A stretch of DNA of 64,000 nt from a virus. The stretch spans positions 1,050 through 65,049 of IMG/VR virus record IMGVR_UViG_3300036832_000975, one strand, 5' to 3'. The position numbers and the translations under genes are program-made. The notes below the pieces were generated by a model, which was not told where the DNA came from, searched no databases, and worked only from the letters and a program-made list of their open reading frames with translations. This document shows, piece by piece, positions 48,427-59,770 of this stretch (positions are counted from its first letter, which is position 1; each line of letters starts with the position of its first letter).

Positions 48427-50400
48427 ATGCTGACCGAGGCAGGCCAGCCTGAGCCCGACGAACCCAAGCCCGAAAGCAAAGCAGTGGGCAGTCCCATCCA
48501 GTACAAGGTGGTCGACCACCCATGGAATCCCGGCAATCCCACCATTGCCGAGGCGATGCTGGGCACCGTGGGGCAGGATGGCTGGCAGCTGGTCTCCGTC
48601 TATCCGGACCCGATGCGCGAGAGAACCCGCTGGATTTTTTCGAACGTCACCGCCAGTGGCGTCGGCGGTGGCGGTATCCCCGAAGCGCCAGTAGACGGAA
48701 ACCTCTATGGACGACAGGACTCGAATTGGTCCCCTGTCCCTGCCGGGACAGGAGGAACACCAGGACCCACCGGCCCTGCGGGCCCTGCCGGACCCACCGG
48801 CCCTCCCGGCCCACCCGGAGTGGGTGGAAATAGTGGTCCCGTGGGGCCAGAAGGCCCCCAAGGTAGTCCAGGGCAAGATGGACCTCCGGGGCCCACGGGA
48901 CCCGCAGGACCCGCAGGCACACCCGGTGTGCCCGGTCTACCTGGTGAAGTGGGCGCGACCGGCCCAGCCGGCCCACAAGGACCCGCCGGACTCACCGGCC
49001 CACAAGGACTTACGGGAGCAGATGGACCACCCGGTCCAGTCGGGCCACAAGGAACACCCGGTGCGCAGGGAGCTACCGGCCCTGCCGGCCCTACCGGCCC
49101 CACGGGTGAATCAGGACCAGCAGGCGCGGATGGCGCGGCTGGCGCGCAGGGCCCACAAGGTCCGATAGGCGTCGACGGTGCGCAAGGTCTGGTGGGCCCG
49201 CAGGGCTCGTCGGGCCCGCAGGGCTCGCCGGGCACTTCGACCAGCCTGTGGCCGTGGGGGTACAGTGAGTCCGCAACGCCGCCACCGGCCAACGGGTTCA
49301 TCAATACCGATGGCGCCGACGCGCCGAGCACCACCGTGATCTGGGTCGCGGCGCTCGATCAGAACGGCAACGACGAGAGGTTGCTACTACTACTGGCGAA
49401 CCCGGGCGACGAGTTGTTCGTCCAGGTGGCCAACGATTCGACCTGCTATGCGATCTTCAATCTGACCGGGCCACCGGTAGACGACACGACCTACGTCACC
49501 TTCCCGGTGGCATTCGTACAGCAAGGACCCACGCTGCTCACCGGCAACAAGCCGAACGTGCTGTTCGGTGTTCGCGTCGTCGGGCAACAGGGCATGCAAG
49601 GACCTTCCGGTCCGCAGGGACCGCAAGGTCTCCCCGGAGCCCAGGGCGCGCAGGGTATACAGGGCCCCGCCGGCGTCGACGGTGCACAGGGAACCCAGGG
49701 AATCCCGGGAACCCAGGGACCAGTCGGTGATCAGGGCCCACCGGGTCCAGCCGGTCCAGCCGGCGCACAAGGTCCAGCTGGACCTCAAGGTCCACAGGGG
49801 CCGCAAGGTATTCTAGGGAGCCCTGGAGCCCAGGGCGCGACCGGTCCACAAGGAGCACAAGGAGCACAAGGAGCACAAGGTCAGCAAGGTATTCCGGGCC
49901 CGGTCGCCGTTTCGGCGAATGCCGGCAACCTCGCCAGGTTGGGCACCGATAACCTGCTACTGGTGCCCGACACCTCGAAGCTCAAGGGCATCACTGACGG
50001 CTCGAACGCCGCGGCGGGCGTCATAGGCGAAGTGCTGAGCGCGTCGATCACCACGGCCGTCAACCTCACGCTCAACACGCCGGTCAATATCGGCCAGATC
50101 ACCCTCACCCCTGGCGACTGGGCGGTAGCGGGAAACGTGAACTTCGTGAGCCCTGGCACCGCCGGAACCCGCTATGCGATCGCGATCTCCAACACCAGCG
50201 CGACGCTGCCTACGGCAGCGCAGCTCGCAGTAGGTACCGGAACTCTCACCGACATGTCGTTGACTTTCGGCAAGGCAGCGCAGAACTTCAACACTTCTCT
50301 CTGTCGGTTCAATGTCAGCGCGAGCACGACGGTGTACCTGGTTGCCCTTGGACCAGCCACGACTGCCACTGGTTACCTGAGCGCGAGGCGCATGCGATGA
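48427..50400 (+). CDS. Collagen-like fibre protein with foldon-like motif
   Basis: [18 protein letters not shown]; two long (Gly-X-Y)n tracts; [13 protein letters not shown]; beta-rich C-terminal domain. Confidence 0.85.
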   Translation: MLTEAGQPEPDEPKPESKAVGSPIQYKVVDHPWNPGNPTIAEAMLGTVGQDGWQLVSVYPDPMRERTRWIFSNVTASGVGGGGIPEAPVDGNLYGRQDSNWSPVPAGTGGTPGPTGPAGPAGPTGPPGPPGVGGNSGPVGPEGPQGSPGQDGPPGPTGPAGPAGTPGVPGLPGEVGATGPAGPQGPAGLTGPQGLTGADGPPGPVGPQGTPGAQGATGPAGPTGPTGESGPAGADGAAGAQGPQGPIGVDGAQGLVGPQGSSGPQGSPGTSTSLWPWGYSESATPPPANGFINTDGADAPSTTVIWVAALDQNGNDERLLLLLANPGDELFVQVANDSTCYAIFNLTGPPVDDTTYVTFPVAFVQQGPTLLTGNKPNVLFGVRVVGQQGMQGPSGPQGPQGLPGAQGAQGIQGPAGVDGAQGTQGIPGTQGPVGDQGPPGPAGPAGAQGPAGPQGPQGPQGILGSPGAQGATGPQGAQGAQGAQGQQGIPGPVAVSANAGNLARLGTDNLLLVPDTSKLKGITDGSNAAAGVIGEVLSASITTAVNLTLNTPVNIGQITLTPGDWAVAGNVNFVSPGTAGTRYAIAISNTSATLPTAAQLAVGTGTLTDMSLTFGKAAQNFNTSLCRFNVSASTTVYLVALGPATTATGYLSARRMR

Positions 50401-51297
50401 AGAAATGTATTCGCTGTGGGGCTGTGGTTAGACGTAAACTCGTTCGCGCCAAGTACTGTTCGGGCGAGTGCAGGCAAAAAAATGCGATGGAGGCATATTT
50501 GAAGAGGCAGCTTTTCAAGAAGAGGAAGCTGTGATGACGTTCTACCAGGACCCGCGTGACCCCGACCCCCGTGAATGGTCCAAACGCGAAAAGATCGGAA
50601 TGGGTCTGCTCGTCGCCGTCGTGGTGTTTTTACTCGTGCTGGTCCTGATCGGCTGGGTGACCGGACGCTGGGAGTACCAGTGATGCTCTTTGCAGCCTCG
50701 GGATCGGACAGGTGGGAAGTGGTCGAGCGCCATGGTGCACAGCACATCCGGCCACTCGCCGACTTCATGGTGCACACAGGATGCGAGTGCTGGTGCCACC
50801 CCACAGAAATAGGCGAGCCCGGCAAGCGAATTTGGTTGCACCACTCAGCTGATGGGCGAGAAGATGAAGAGTGATCGCGTCCTCGGGCTGCCCCAGCGAC
50901 AGCTGGGGGCGAGAAGATGAAGAGGAGCAAGTGATCCATGCCCAGCGTGAGTAAAGTGCAACGTGGGGCCATGTTCGCTGCCAAGGCGGGCAAGAGCACA
51001 CTCGGTATTCCGCAGAGCGTTGGTAAAGACTTCATCGCAGCGGACAAGAGCAAAGATTTGAGTAAACTTCCACTGCGCAAAGGCGCACCCAAGACAAAGA
51101 AATAGGAGAAAACCAACATGGCAGTAAAACAACCCTGGCAGGACAATTACCAACCTCAATTGGGCCAGTACGGAGACGGATATTCCGGCGATCTCAACAA
51201 GGGGAACGAGCAAGAATATCTAGAGCAAGACGCTAAAGTCGACGCTACTCGCGCCGAGTTTCATAAGACACCTGCATCTAAAGGCGTACAAGAATAA
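50397..51297 (+). CDS. Five small genes before terL (Zn-finger, TM peptide, His/Cys-rich, 50938-51105, 51118-51297)
   Basis: [17 protein letters not shown]; [32 protein letters not shown] resembles a small terminase-linked phage family. Confidence 0.55.
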
Positions 51298-51308
51298 TAG
51301 ATGCAACT

Positions 51309-52862
51309 GTGCCTAGTATAATTGACTACAAGCCTGCGCCGACCATCAAGGCATTCATCAAGGACCACCGGCGGCAAGCTCTATTCTATACGTGGATCGT
51401 CGGACCCGTGGGGTCCGCGAAGACGACGGCGCTGTTCTTCAAGCTCATCTACATGGCGATGAAGCAGAGTCCTAGCCCTGATGGGATAAGACGAACCAAA
51501 GCAGTCATCGTCCGTAACACACTCCCTATGCTCAAAGATACTACCCTGGCGAGCTGGGAATACTGGTTCAAGGACGGTGTCGCCGGTCAGTGGAACGCCA
51601 CCGACAAGATATTCGTGCTGCGCTACGGTGACGTCGAGTGCACCGTGCTCTTCCGCCCACTGGATACACCCGACGACGTCAGACGTGTCTTGAGTCTGGA
51701 AATCAACTTCGCGATCATCGACGAGTTCGTCGAACTTCCCAAGGCAATCGTGGACGCGCTCTCTGCCCGGCTTGGGCGGTACCGCCAGCCCGACGGGACT
51801 CCCGTGACGATCTGGGGAATGTGGGGCAGTTCCAACCCTGGCACCGAGGACGTGTGGTGGCACGACTACCTGCATGGACCTGCTGTTCGCAGGTATAAAC
51901 GCCTATCGGGCTCTCTTATCCCTACGCTGGTCCCCGATAGCATCGGCGACGTGGCGGCGTGGGCGCCGCGCGCTCCCGGGGCTCCCATGGAGCCGATCGC
52001 CACCTACTACCATCAGCCCGGAGGACTTTCCCCTGACGCCGAGAATCTGGATAACCTGCCTGGCGGCAAGCAGTATTATCTCGATGCCATCGCCGGTAAG
52101 TCCGAGGTCTGGGTCCGGCAGTTCGTCGATGCCGAGTGGGGGTTCAGCATAGCTGGAAAAGCCGTGGTGTCCGGCTTCCGGGCTGACCTGCACGTCGCCC
52201 TTCCCAACACCCTCCAGCCCAATCCCTATTTCCCTCTCGTGGTGGGGCTGGACCCTGGGATCACCGGCTCGGCCATGATCATCGGGCAACAGGATTACGA
52301 CGGCCGCGTGCGAGTCTTTGCGGAGCTGGTGCAAGAAGGTATGGGGGCCGAGCGCCTGGTCCAGGAGCGGCTCCAGCCGCTTTTACGGAACCGGTTCCCA
52401 CAGGTCTCACGCGTCATCATTGCGGCCGATCCCGCCGCTGCGAGCCGGACTCAGACCGACGAGCGCACAGTGGTCAAAGTGTTCCGGCAGCACTACGAGG
52501 TGGATGTCGAGTCCAACAACCGGTTACCTTTGCGCCTGGATGCTATAGATTATTACACCAACAAGCTCACCGAGGGACGAGCCTCTCTCCAGATCGACCC
52601 CTCTTGCCAGATTCTGATCCGCGCGTTGAAAGGAGGTTGGCGTTACAGCGCCGATCTCAAGCGCGAGACGCTGAAGGGGCACGACCCCGAGAAGAACGCC
52701 TATTCCCATCCTGGGGATGCTTTTGGATATCTTTGCAGGTTCTTCCATCGTGATAAACAGCGTGAGACGCGCTACCGTCTTCCTGCGGGCAGCCTGGCAG
52801 CGCGGCGCCAGGGCGTGCCGTGGCAGCGTCAGCCGGAACGTAGTTCGTACCATGTACGATGA
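51309..52862 (+). CDS. terL: Terminase large subunit
   Basis: GPVGSAKT, IIDEF, VGLDPG, DPAA, HPGDAFGY. Confidence 0.95.
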   Translation: MPSIIDYKPAPTIKAFIKDHRRQALFYTWIVGPVGSAKTTALFFKLIYMAMKQSPSPDGIRRTKAVIVRNTLPMLKDTTLASWEYWFKDGVAGQWNATDKIFVLRYGDVECTVLFRPLDTPDDVRRVLSLEINFAIIDEFVELPKAIVDALSARLGRYRQPDGTPVTIWGMWGSSNPGTEDVWWHDYLHGPAVRRYKRLSGSLIPTLVPDSIGDVAAWAPRAPGAPMEPIATYYHQPGGLSPDAENLDNLPGGKQYYLDAIAGKSEVWVRQFVDAEWGFSIAGKAVVSGFRADLHVALPNTLQPNPYFPLVVGLDPGITGSAMIIGQQDYDGRVRVFAELVQEGMGAERLVQERLQPLLRNRFPQVSRVIIAADPAAASRTQTDERTVVKVFRQHYEVDVESNNRLPLRLDAIDYYTNKLTEGRASLQIDPSCQILIRALKGGWRYSADLKRETLKGHDPEKNAYSHPGDAFGYLCRFFHRDKQRETRYRLPAGSLAARRQGVPWQRQPERSSYHVR

Positions 52863-52872
52863 GTGAGATAGG

Positions 52873-55404
52873 ATGGCATTCCCAACCTCGGAACCGCCGC
52901 TGAACACGGCCAAAGCCTATCCGGACCCGGACCTGCGGCCACCGGCACTCCCGGTACCGACTCTCATGCCTACCAAGGACGTGCCTGATCCTGCGTCTGA
53001 ACCTCCAGTCAAGAAGATTTCGTCCGAGTCTCTGCGGACTCTGGGCCAGCGTTTCAATCAGATGTTCATGCAATACGTCTCTGATCGCCGGATCGTGGAG
53101 CTACGCTGGCTGGCCAACCAAAGACAATATCTCGGGCTCTATGACCCCGAGGTCGAGAAGGCCATGAGCCCCAACCGGTCCAAGGCTTACCCCAAGATCA
53201 CGAGAACCAAGTGTATAAGCGTGCTGGCTCGAATCATGAATCTCATGTTCCAGGGTAACGAGCGCAACTGGGAGATTCATGCCGCGCCGTGGCCGGACAT
53301 CACCACACAGGAAGTCCGTGAGGCGATCAACCTGGCGCAGGAGAAAGATCAGACGGCTGGGGTACCTACACCAGACCCGACGGATTCGTTCGCGTTCAAT
53401 AATTACGTGATGGAAGCTTTGGACCGCTACGCCGATCTGCGCGCCAACAAGCTCGCTATGCTCATCGACGATCAGCTTCAAGAATTAGGCGGTCACCAGG
53501 CGCTGGACTACGTTGCGCTCAACCGCGCGGTGATCCGCTCGGGCATCATGTACGGGCTCGGCGTCTTGCGCGGTCCGTTCGTGCGTAAGTCCGAGACCGT
53601 GACGTGGAAGGTGCAGAAGCCACCCCCATCTCCAGGATTATCCACAGGGTTATCCCCGCAATTATCCCCAGTTCAGCCTGGAGCCTCACCACCACCCCCT
53701 CCAACCGGATTACCCTCATCCGGGACGCCTGGCTTGGGGTTACCCCCAGCGGGCCCACCGAACTTACCCACAGCCGGGCCGCCCATGCCGCCTCCACCGA
53801 TGGTCAAGCCAGTCAAGCAAACGGTCTTCAAACCTTACTTCGAGTTTCTTCCGGTCTGGGATTTCTATCCTGATCTGAGTGCTAAAACTCTACAGGGCAT
53901 GGATGGGTATTTCGTGCGTCTCGTCATGAGCCGTACCCAGGTAAAGGAGCTTGGTGGCCGACCTGATTTCTTCGCCAATGTTATTGATAACTATCTGACT
54001 CGTTACCCGATTGGTAACTACCGTACCCAACCCTTTGAAATGGAGTTACGGGCAATGGGCGTCAAAGTCAACGTCAACGAAATGAAATCGGAGACGATGA
54101 AATACGAAATCATGGTTTGGCATGGCTCGGTAGATGGTCGGATGCTTCAGGAAGTCGGTGTCGAGGTTCCTCCGGATAAACTTTCTGATTTTATCGATGC
54201 GGAAATCTGGATGCTTGATGCCAACGTTATTGGAGCAAGGCTCAATCCGTGGGAAGAACTCACCAATGAAATGCCTTCTATACCTGTACCTAAAATGATT
54301 CATACGTTTTTGTTCGATGAGGATGATACTAGCCCGGTTGGTTTTGGATTACCTCAGGCCATCAGAGACAGTCAGATGATGGTCGCCGCCGCGGTACGCA
54401 TGTTGCTGGACAACGCGAGCGTCGTGTGCGGACCAAACCTCGAACTCAACACTGATCTCTTGCGCCTCGATCAGGATTTGAGCGCCATCAGCGCGTACAA
54501 GGTCTGGTACCGCGAAGGCTCCGGGCCCGAGGCGCAATGGCCAGCGGTGCGCAATGTTCAGGTCGACGCCCATCTGGATAGCCTCCTCAAGATCGTGGAG
54601 CTCGGTTTGCGTTTTGCGGACTCGGAAACGTTCGTAGGTCCGGCGACGGGTGGCGATATGGAGCATCAGCCTTCCGAGCCACTGCGCACGGCGGCGGGCG
54701 CCTCTATGCTGAGGGGTGACGCAGCTTTACCCTTCAAGGATATCATTCGGAGCTTCGATACGTTTACCCAGAGCGTCATCAACTCCATGGTGCTGTTCAA
54801 TCGGGTCTTCAATCCGACTCAGGCGCCCGATGGCGATTACGACGTGATCGCGCGCGGTGCTACTTCCTTGATGGCCAAGGAGCTTCGCGGCATGCAGGCG
54901 GACTCCCTGGTCCAGACGCTCAAGCCCGAGCAGATGATCCACGTTGACGAGCGCAAGCTCACCGAGGCCCAGATCAAGGCCAGGGACATGGACGACATCC
55001 TGGTGACCGAGGACGAGGCGTCGAGGCGTCAGCAAGCTCAGACACAATCCCAGCAGGCGCAGCAGGATCAGCAGAACAAGCTCATGGAAGCCAATCTGCG
55101 CAAGATTCTATCTGATGCCTTCAAGAACATCGCTCAGGGTCAGAAGAACACTGCCAACGCAGATGCCCAGTTGGTGGACACGGCGCTGGGTATTCTGGAG
55201 AAAGGAATGCAGGATGAGCTTACAGGAGCCTCTGCCGCTGGACCTTCCCCCGTTCCAGCCCCCAAAGGCGCGTCTTCAGGAGGCGGACTTGCTGCGGCGC
55301 TTGGTATTGGCGCGATCGGCGCCAGAGTTAACGGTGGTGCGCCAGCTCCTGTCGGTCCGCCTGGGGTTATGCCAGACCAAGCTGGTCAAGGCATCCCTCA
55401 ATGA
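52873..55404 (+). CDS. Portal protein with Pro-rich insertion
   Basis: Follows terL; WL.N.RQY.G.YD, SKAYP.ITR.K, G.G.P..IRDSQ, ETF-type portal motifs. Confidence 0.88.
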   Translation: MAFPTSEPPLNTAKAYPDPDLRPPALPVPTLMPTKDVPDPASEPPVKKISSESLRTLGQRFNQMFMQYVSDRRIVELRWLANQRQYLGLYDPEVEKAMSPNRSKAYPKITRTKCISVLARIMNLMFQGNERNWEIHAAPWPDITTQEVREAINLAQEKDQTAGVPTPDPTDSFAFNNYVMEALDRYADLRANKLAMLIDDQLQELGGHQALDYVALNRAVIRSGIMYGLGVLRGPFVRKSETVTWKVQKPPPSPGLSTGLSPQLSPVQPGASPPPPPTGLPSSGTPGLGLPPAGPPNLPTAGPPMPPPPMVKPVKQTVFKPYFEFLPVWDFYPDLSAKTLQGMDGYFVRLVMSRTQVKELGGRPDFFANVIDNYLTRYPIGNYRTQPFEMELRAMGVKVNVNEMKSETMKYEIMVWHGSVDGRMLQEVGVEVPPDKLSDFIDAEIWMLDANVIGARLNPWEELTNEMPSIPVPKMIHTFLFDEDDTSPVGFGLPQAIRDSQMMVAAAVRMLLDNASVVCGPNLELNTDLLRLDQDLSAISAYKVWYREGSGPEAQWPAVRNVQVDAHLDSLLKIVELGLRFADSETFVGPATGGDMEHQPSEPLRTAAGASMLRGDAALPFKDIIRSFDTFTQSVINSMVLFNRVFNPTQAPDGDYDVIARGATSLMAKELRGMQADSLVQTLKPEQMIHVDERKLTEAQIKARDMDDILVTEDEASRRQQAQTQSQQAQQDQQNKLMEANLRKILSDAFKNIAQGQKNTANADAQLVDTALGILEKGMQDELTGASAAGPSPVPAPKGASSGGGLAAALGIGAIGARVNGGAPAPVGPPGVMPDQAGQGIPQ

Positions 55405-55486
55405 TGTACCGTTGCTGCAGGGTGAGGCGCGTACACTTGAGAAGCTGTTGCTTGATCTATCCGGTGAGCGCACCGTAATCGAGTAA
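55214..55486 (+). CDS. 90-aa helical protein overlapping the portal 3' end
   Basis: ATG 55214 with AGGA SD; LLQGEARTLEKLL motif of small post-portal genes. Confidence 0.6.
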   Translation: MSLQEPLPLDLPPFQPPKARLQEADLLRRLVLARSAPELTVVRQLLSVRLGLCQTKLVKASLNDVPLLQGEARTLEKLLLDLSGERTVIE

Positions 55487-55506
55487 AAGTAGGTAGGAGA
55501 CGACCT

Positions 55507-56493
55507 ATGGCAAAAGCCGCGCGTGTCGCTGCAGCTCCCACTGCCGAGCCACCGGCGCCAGCTCCCGCCCCTGCGCCTCCGCCTGAACCTTCGGTGCCAG
55601 ACCAGTTCGATGCGGCATTTGCTGAGGCCGTGACTGCTGATATTGCAACGGAATCACCGCCGTCTGCGCCGGTCGCGGCCGCTTCTCCTCCACCCAAGAA
55701 GCCAACCCCAGTGCCAGAGGCGCCCAAGCCGGATGAGCTTCCGACAGGGAAGCCGGCAGCGATTCCGGAATCGCCGACGCCTGCTGAGCCACAGGAGCAG
55801 CCACATCCGGGACCTCGGGAGCAGCCGCAGCCGCAACCGCAAAATCTGCCGCCACAACCCCCGCCGGAGCCGCAGCCTCCGCCGCAGCCACAACCCCCGC
55901 CGCAACCGCAGGCCCAAGAGCCTCCACTGTTCAACGCCGAGGAAGTGAGTCAGCTGCAGGCATTTTATACTGATTGGCCTGATGTCGCCCGAGCTACCGA
56001 GACGATGATCCGGGGGATCATGACTCAGACTGCGCGACGTATGTACCAGGATATGGCGACGTCATTGGCGCCCTACCTGCAGACCATCGACACCCTGGCG
56101 GACCGGTCGCAGCTGTCCGAGCTGCAGAACCAGGTTACTGACTACGATACTGTCGCAACTCAGCTGAACTCCTGGGCGTCTCGTCAACCTACGTATTTGC
56201 GCTCAGCTTATGAGCATGTTATCAAATCTGGAACGGCGGCCGAGGTTGTTGACTTGATCAATCGGTACAAAGCAGACACTCAGATACAGTCTACGCAACC
56301 CGCCGCGTCTGCGGCGGCTCCGGCGCCAGTGGTTACTCTGGCCCCCGCTCCGTCATCGGCGCCGGCACCCGTAAATCCCGCCTTGGCGCAGGCTGCGGCG
56401 CGGCTCGCGCCCGTGAGCACCAAGCGGACCAATGTCGTAGCTCCGCCTACCGATTTTGATTCGGCGTTCGCCGAGTTCGCTCGTGCGAGCTAG
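55507..56493 (+). CDS. Capsid scaffolding protein
   Basis: Between portal and capsid; FDAAFAEA..., Pro-rich linker, C-terminal DFDSAFAEFA. Confidence 0.75.
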   Translation: MAKAARVAAAPTAEPPAPAPAPAPPPEPSVPDQFDAAFAEAVTADIATESPPSAPVAAASPPPKKPTPVPEAPKPDELPTGKPAAIPESPTPAEPQEQPHPGPREQPQPQPQNLPPQPPPEPQPPPQPQPPPQPQAQEPPLFNAEEVSQLQAFYTDWPDVARATETMIRGIMTQTARRMYQDMATSLAPYLQTIDTLADRSQLSELQNQVTDYDTVATQLNSWASRQPTYLRSAYEHVIKSGTAAEVVDLINRYKADTQIQSTQPAASAAAPAPVVTLAPAPSSAPAPVNPALAQAAARLAPVSTKRTNVVAPPTDFDSAFAEFARAS

Positions 56494-56643
56494 ATAAAAT
56501 CGGGCCGAGCGGCGTTGCCCACGCCGGATCGGCCCTGACCACAACCGAGAATCGGGACCTCGATTATGGCTTTGGACAGGGTAACGCTTGACCAAAGGAC
56601 GTTGCAAGAGTGGCTGCTGCGCAACCTAAAGGGGAGTTAAGTT

Positions 56644-57711
56644 ATGGTTGCAATTACGAGTTATGGCGATATATCTCCGGCCGTTGCAGCCTATTCTGTG
56701 GTCCGCATGTTGAAAAGGGCCATGCCATATTTGCATATCGAGAAATTTGGACAAACGTATCCTTTACCTACGAATTCAACTCAAACTGCAAAATTTCGTA
56801 GGTATTTTTTACAAGGCACGACTGGTGCGGCCGGTCCGAACGCTGGAGGCACCAACGGCGCTGGGCAACCGTTCTACATCCCGCTAGCGCTGACACCCCT
56901 GGTGGAGGGTGTGACACCCTCGGGGTCCATGCTGGCGAATCAGGATTACACGGTTCAATTATACCAATACGGCGATTACATCACCATCACTGACGTCATC
57001 GAGGACACCCACACCGACCCGGTGCTGCAGCAGTCCACGGATATCCTGGGTGAGCAGGCGGCCGTAACGGTAGAAACTCTACGGTTTAATGTACTTAAAG
57101 CGGGCACCAACGTCTGGTACCAGAACCTGGTTGCGGGGCGCGCGAACGTTGCCGGTGTCCTTAGCCTGACCGACCAACGTCGGGTAACGACCGGGCTCAA
57201 CCGGCAGAACTCTAAAAAGATTTCTCAGGTCGTGGCGTCCAACCCTGACTTCCAGACCAAGTCGGTAGAAGCCGCGTACTTTGCTCTCGTTCATCCCGAT
57301 CTAGAGACCGACATTCGCAACATGACCGGTTTTGTGCCGGTGGCGAGCTACGGGCCACATACTTCGCCGTTTGAAGGTGAAATTGGCGCAGTCGAGCAGT
57401 GCCGGTACCTGAGTTCGACGGTGATCGCGCCGTTCCCAAACGCGGGTGCTGCGACCAGCGGCGCGACGACGTACCGGTCGACCGGTGGCGTCAACTGGGA
57501 TGTGTACCCTGTTCTGTATTTCGGCCGTGATGCTTTTGGCCTGGTGCCGCTCAAGGGCAAGTCTTCCATGACTCCGATGGTGGTCAATCCCAAGCCGGCG
57601 CCGGGCGATCCGCTGGGTCAGCGCGGGACCTGTGGCTGGAAACTCTATACCGGTACTGTGATTCTGCAAGATGCGTTCATGGCTCGTCTGGAGGTCACCG
57701 CTACGGCGTAA
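56644..57711 (+). CDS. Major capsid protein, N4-gp56 family
   Basis: YGDISP, EKFGQ..P.N.T..KFRRY, L.EGVTP, QYGD, GEIG.VE..R, DPLGQRG..GWK. Confidence 0.93.
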   Translation: MVAITSYGDISPAVAAYSVVRMLKRAMPYLHIEKFGQTYPLPTNSTQTAKFRRYFLQGTTGAAGPNAGGTNGAGQPFYIPLALTPLVEGVTPSGSMLANQDYTVQLYQYGDYITITDVIEDTHTDPVLQQSTDILGEQAAVTVETLRFNVLKAGTNVWYQNLVAGRANVAGVLSLTDQRRVTTGLNRQNSKKISQVVASNPDFQTKSVEAAYFALVHPDLETDIRNMTGFVPVASYGPHTSPFEGEIGAVEQCRYLSSTVIAPFPNAGAATSGATTYRSTGGVNWDVYPVLYFGRDAFGLVPLKGKSSMTPMVVNPKPAPGDPLGQRGTCGWKLYTGTVILQDAFMARLEVTATA

Positions 57712-57742
57712 TTCTCGTTCGATTGAATAGAGGAGGCTTCAA

Positions 57743-58849
57743 GTGGCCAATCAGCATCCTGCACAACCCGCGCACCCGGGACAGCCTGCACAACCTGCAC
57801 ATCCCAAGTCCGAGCAACAGAGGGCTGATCCTGCAAACGCGCAGTATATGATCAGCATTACACCTGAGCAGTACGAGAGTCAGCTCAAGCAAGCACAAGT
57901 GTCCAAAGACGTGGCCCCTCGTCAGCAAATGGAGTTGGGTGGAGAAGGGACTGTCAAAGCGCAATTCAAGGATGCGTTCGGCGGCGATGTGAAACCAACA
58001 ACTGCCGAGTGGTCTGCGACTGGTCCCGTGACGGTGACGGCGGACGAGAAAGACCCGACTAACGCCAAGATATTTGCGTACGGGACTGGGCTCGCATCTA
58101 TCAAGGTAGACGCGCATAGTGACGCTGGTTCGACGCAGACGTCTATTGAGGTGATGGTGATCGCGAAGGGTGCGCCAGCCGAGGGCAAGATCGAGCTTTC
58201 GGTTCGGCCTGCGACAGACGAAGGTAAACGTAGGGCGGCCCCATCTGGACAGATTTTACCTGTGCCTGCGCCGGCTCCACCGCTTCCGCATGCGCAGACC
58301 GTTCCACCGGCACAGACCTTGTCTCAGCCTTCGCCGCAGCCGCAGCCACGGGACGAGGACAAGGCGAAATCGGCACAGCACTCGTAATAGGCTATCCGCG
58401 ATGGGAAGAGAGTTTATACTCTCGTTAACCCATAAGGAGAGAATCAGATGCCGACACAAGTAGTTGACACTTCACTGCATCTTGCTGCGTTTCCATCGGG
58501 CTACACTGGGCCTGGTAATCTGATTGGCAACTGTGTGAACTCTGGTGGTGAGGCGTGCGACGTTTATGGGTTTTTTACTTCGTCTACTGGTAACGCGGTG
58601 CAGATCAACGTCGGTTTCCAGGCGCTGCAGGTCGATATCATGGACGTTACTGGTGCACTGATGTGGCATTGGCAATGGGGTATGCCGGCTAGCAATAGCG
58701 TCAAGGTGACATTGGGGACGATTGCTGGTGTGCTCGATACCACAAGCGCCATTACGGTGGTCACTGACCTGGCCGGTAATTCTATAGTGACTTTGTCAAC
58801 CGGGTTGTGCGGTAACGCCAAGAATATCTGCTACCACATTATGGGGTGA
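57743..58849 (+). CDS. Two capsid-associated proteins (57743-58387 Ig-like; 58448-58849 decoration-like)
   Basis: WS.TG..TV..G.G.ASI.V Ig-like pattern; GF.T..I.VGF..W..GM pattern. Confidence 0.55.
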
Positions 58850-58852
58850 TTT

Positions 58853-59290
58853 ATGGCTATTGCTGGCACGACCGAGACTGCAATTTTACAGCTGATCTAC
58901 AATGCCATCGCATGGGCGAACTATGCGGACAATGCTGCGGGTACGCCGCAGACGAACATTTCGATCGCGCTGCACACGGCCGATCCGGGAACGGGTGGCA
59001 CGCAGTCAACTAGCGAAGTTGCTTATACGAGCTACGCACGCGCGAGTGTGGCGCGCACGACCGGTGGGTGGACGGTAACGGGTGTTGGCCCAGCCAGTTG
59101 CTCACCGACTTCCAATATTACATTCCCGGCCGGTACTGGTGGCGCGGGGACATGTACTAACTTCAGCACAGGTAAGACAGGCGGCGGTGCGGCACCGATT
59201 CTATGGTCTGGGACGGTTACGCCGAACATTGTTTCGGGGGCGGGTGTGACTCCTGTTTTGACCACGGCGACCACTATCACACTGAGCTAA
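58853..59290 (+). CDS. Fibre-associated protein (LHTADPG family), paralog 2
   Basis: AILQLIYNA...YADNAA..IALHTADPG..SEVAY.SYAR. Confidence 0.7.
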   Translation: MAIAGTTETAILQLIYNAIAWANYADNAAGTPQTNISIALHTADPGTGGTQSTSEVAYTSYARASVARTTGGWTVTGVGPASCSPTSNITFPAGTGGAGTCTNFSTGKTGGGAAPILWSGTVTPNIVSGAGVTPVLTTATTITLS

Positions 59291-59308
59291 CCATGACCTG
59301 TTGTACAC

Positions 59309-59746
59309 ATGAACCATGCGGATGCATTTCGGCGATGTCTGATTGATCTCGACGTCGTTGGGGTATGCGATCTATGGTTTCATGCTGCACCGTATTTGCC
59401 ACAACCGAAGAATAATGACGAAGCGCTGGTGACGCTGCACTATGCGCGTACACAGGCTGGTTCAATCCCCGTAAGGCTGCGTTGCTACTCACATGCTTGG
59501 CTGTGCGAGCGTGGGCTTCCATCTGGGTTGCCTGATTGGTTGAAGCCGAAAGCAGCGCGGCTCTATCCGCACGAAGTCAAGGCGGTAGGTATTGCGGTCA
59601 AACCGCTTTCAGCAGCAAGTAAACCTCTGGCGCGTGCGATCGAGAAGGTGATGTCGAACGCAGTGCTCGAATGTTACGCTGATGGGGTTACTGATCCCGA
59701 TATAATCAAGGTTCGGATGAACGCGGCGCGACATACTATCAAATGA
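59309..59746 (+). CDS. Hypothetical protein
   Basis: 145-aa ORF in the structural operon. Confidence 0.6.
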   Translation: MNHADAFRRCLIDLDVVGVCDLWFHAAPYLPQPKNNDEALVTLHYARTQAGSIPVRLRCYSHAWLCERGLPSGLPDWLKPKAARLYPHEVKAVGIAVKPLSAASKPLARAIEKVMSNAVLECYADGVTDPDIIKVRMNAARHTIK

Positions 59747-59770
59747 GTAGAACGAAGGGCGGAGATACGG

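Noticed and set aside
56644-57711. Assignment to N4-like phages from the capsid family
   Set aside because: No virion RNA polymerase or N4 gene order; this capsid family is widespread.
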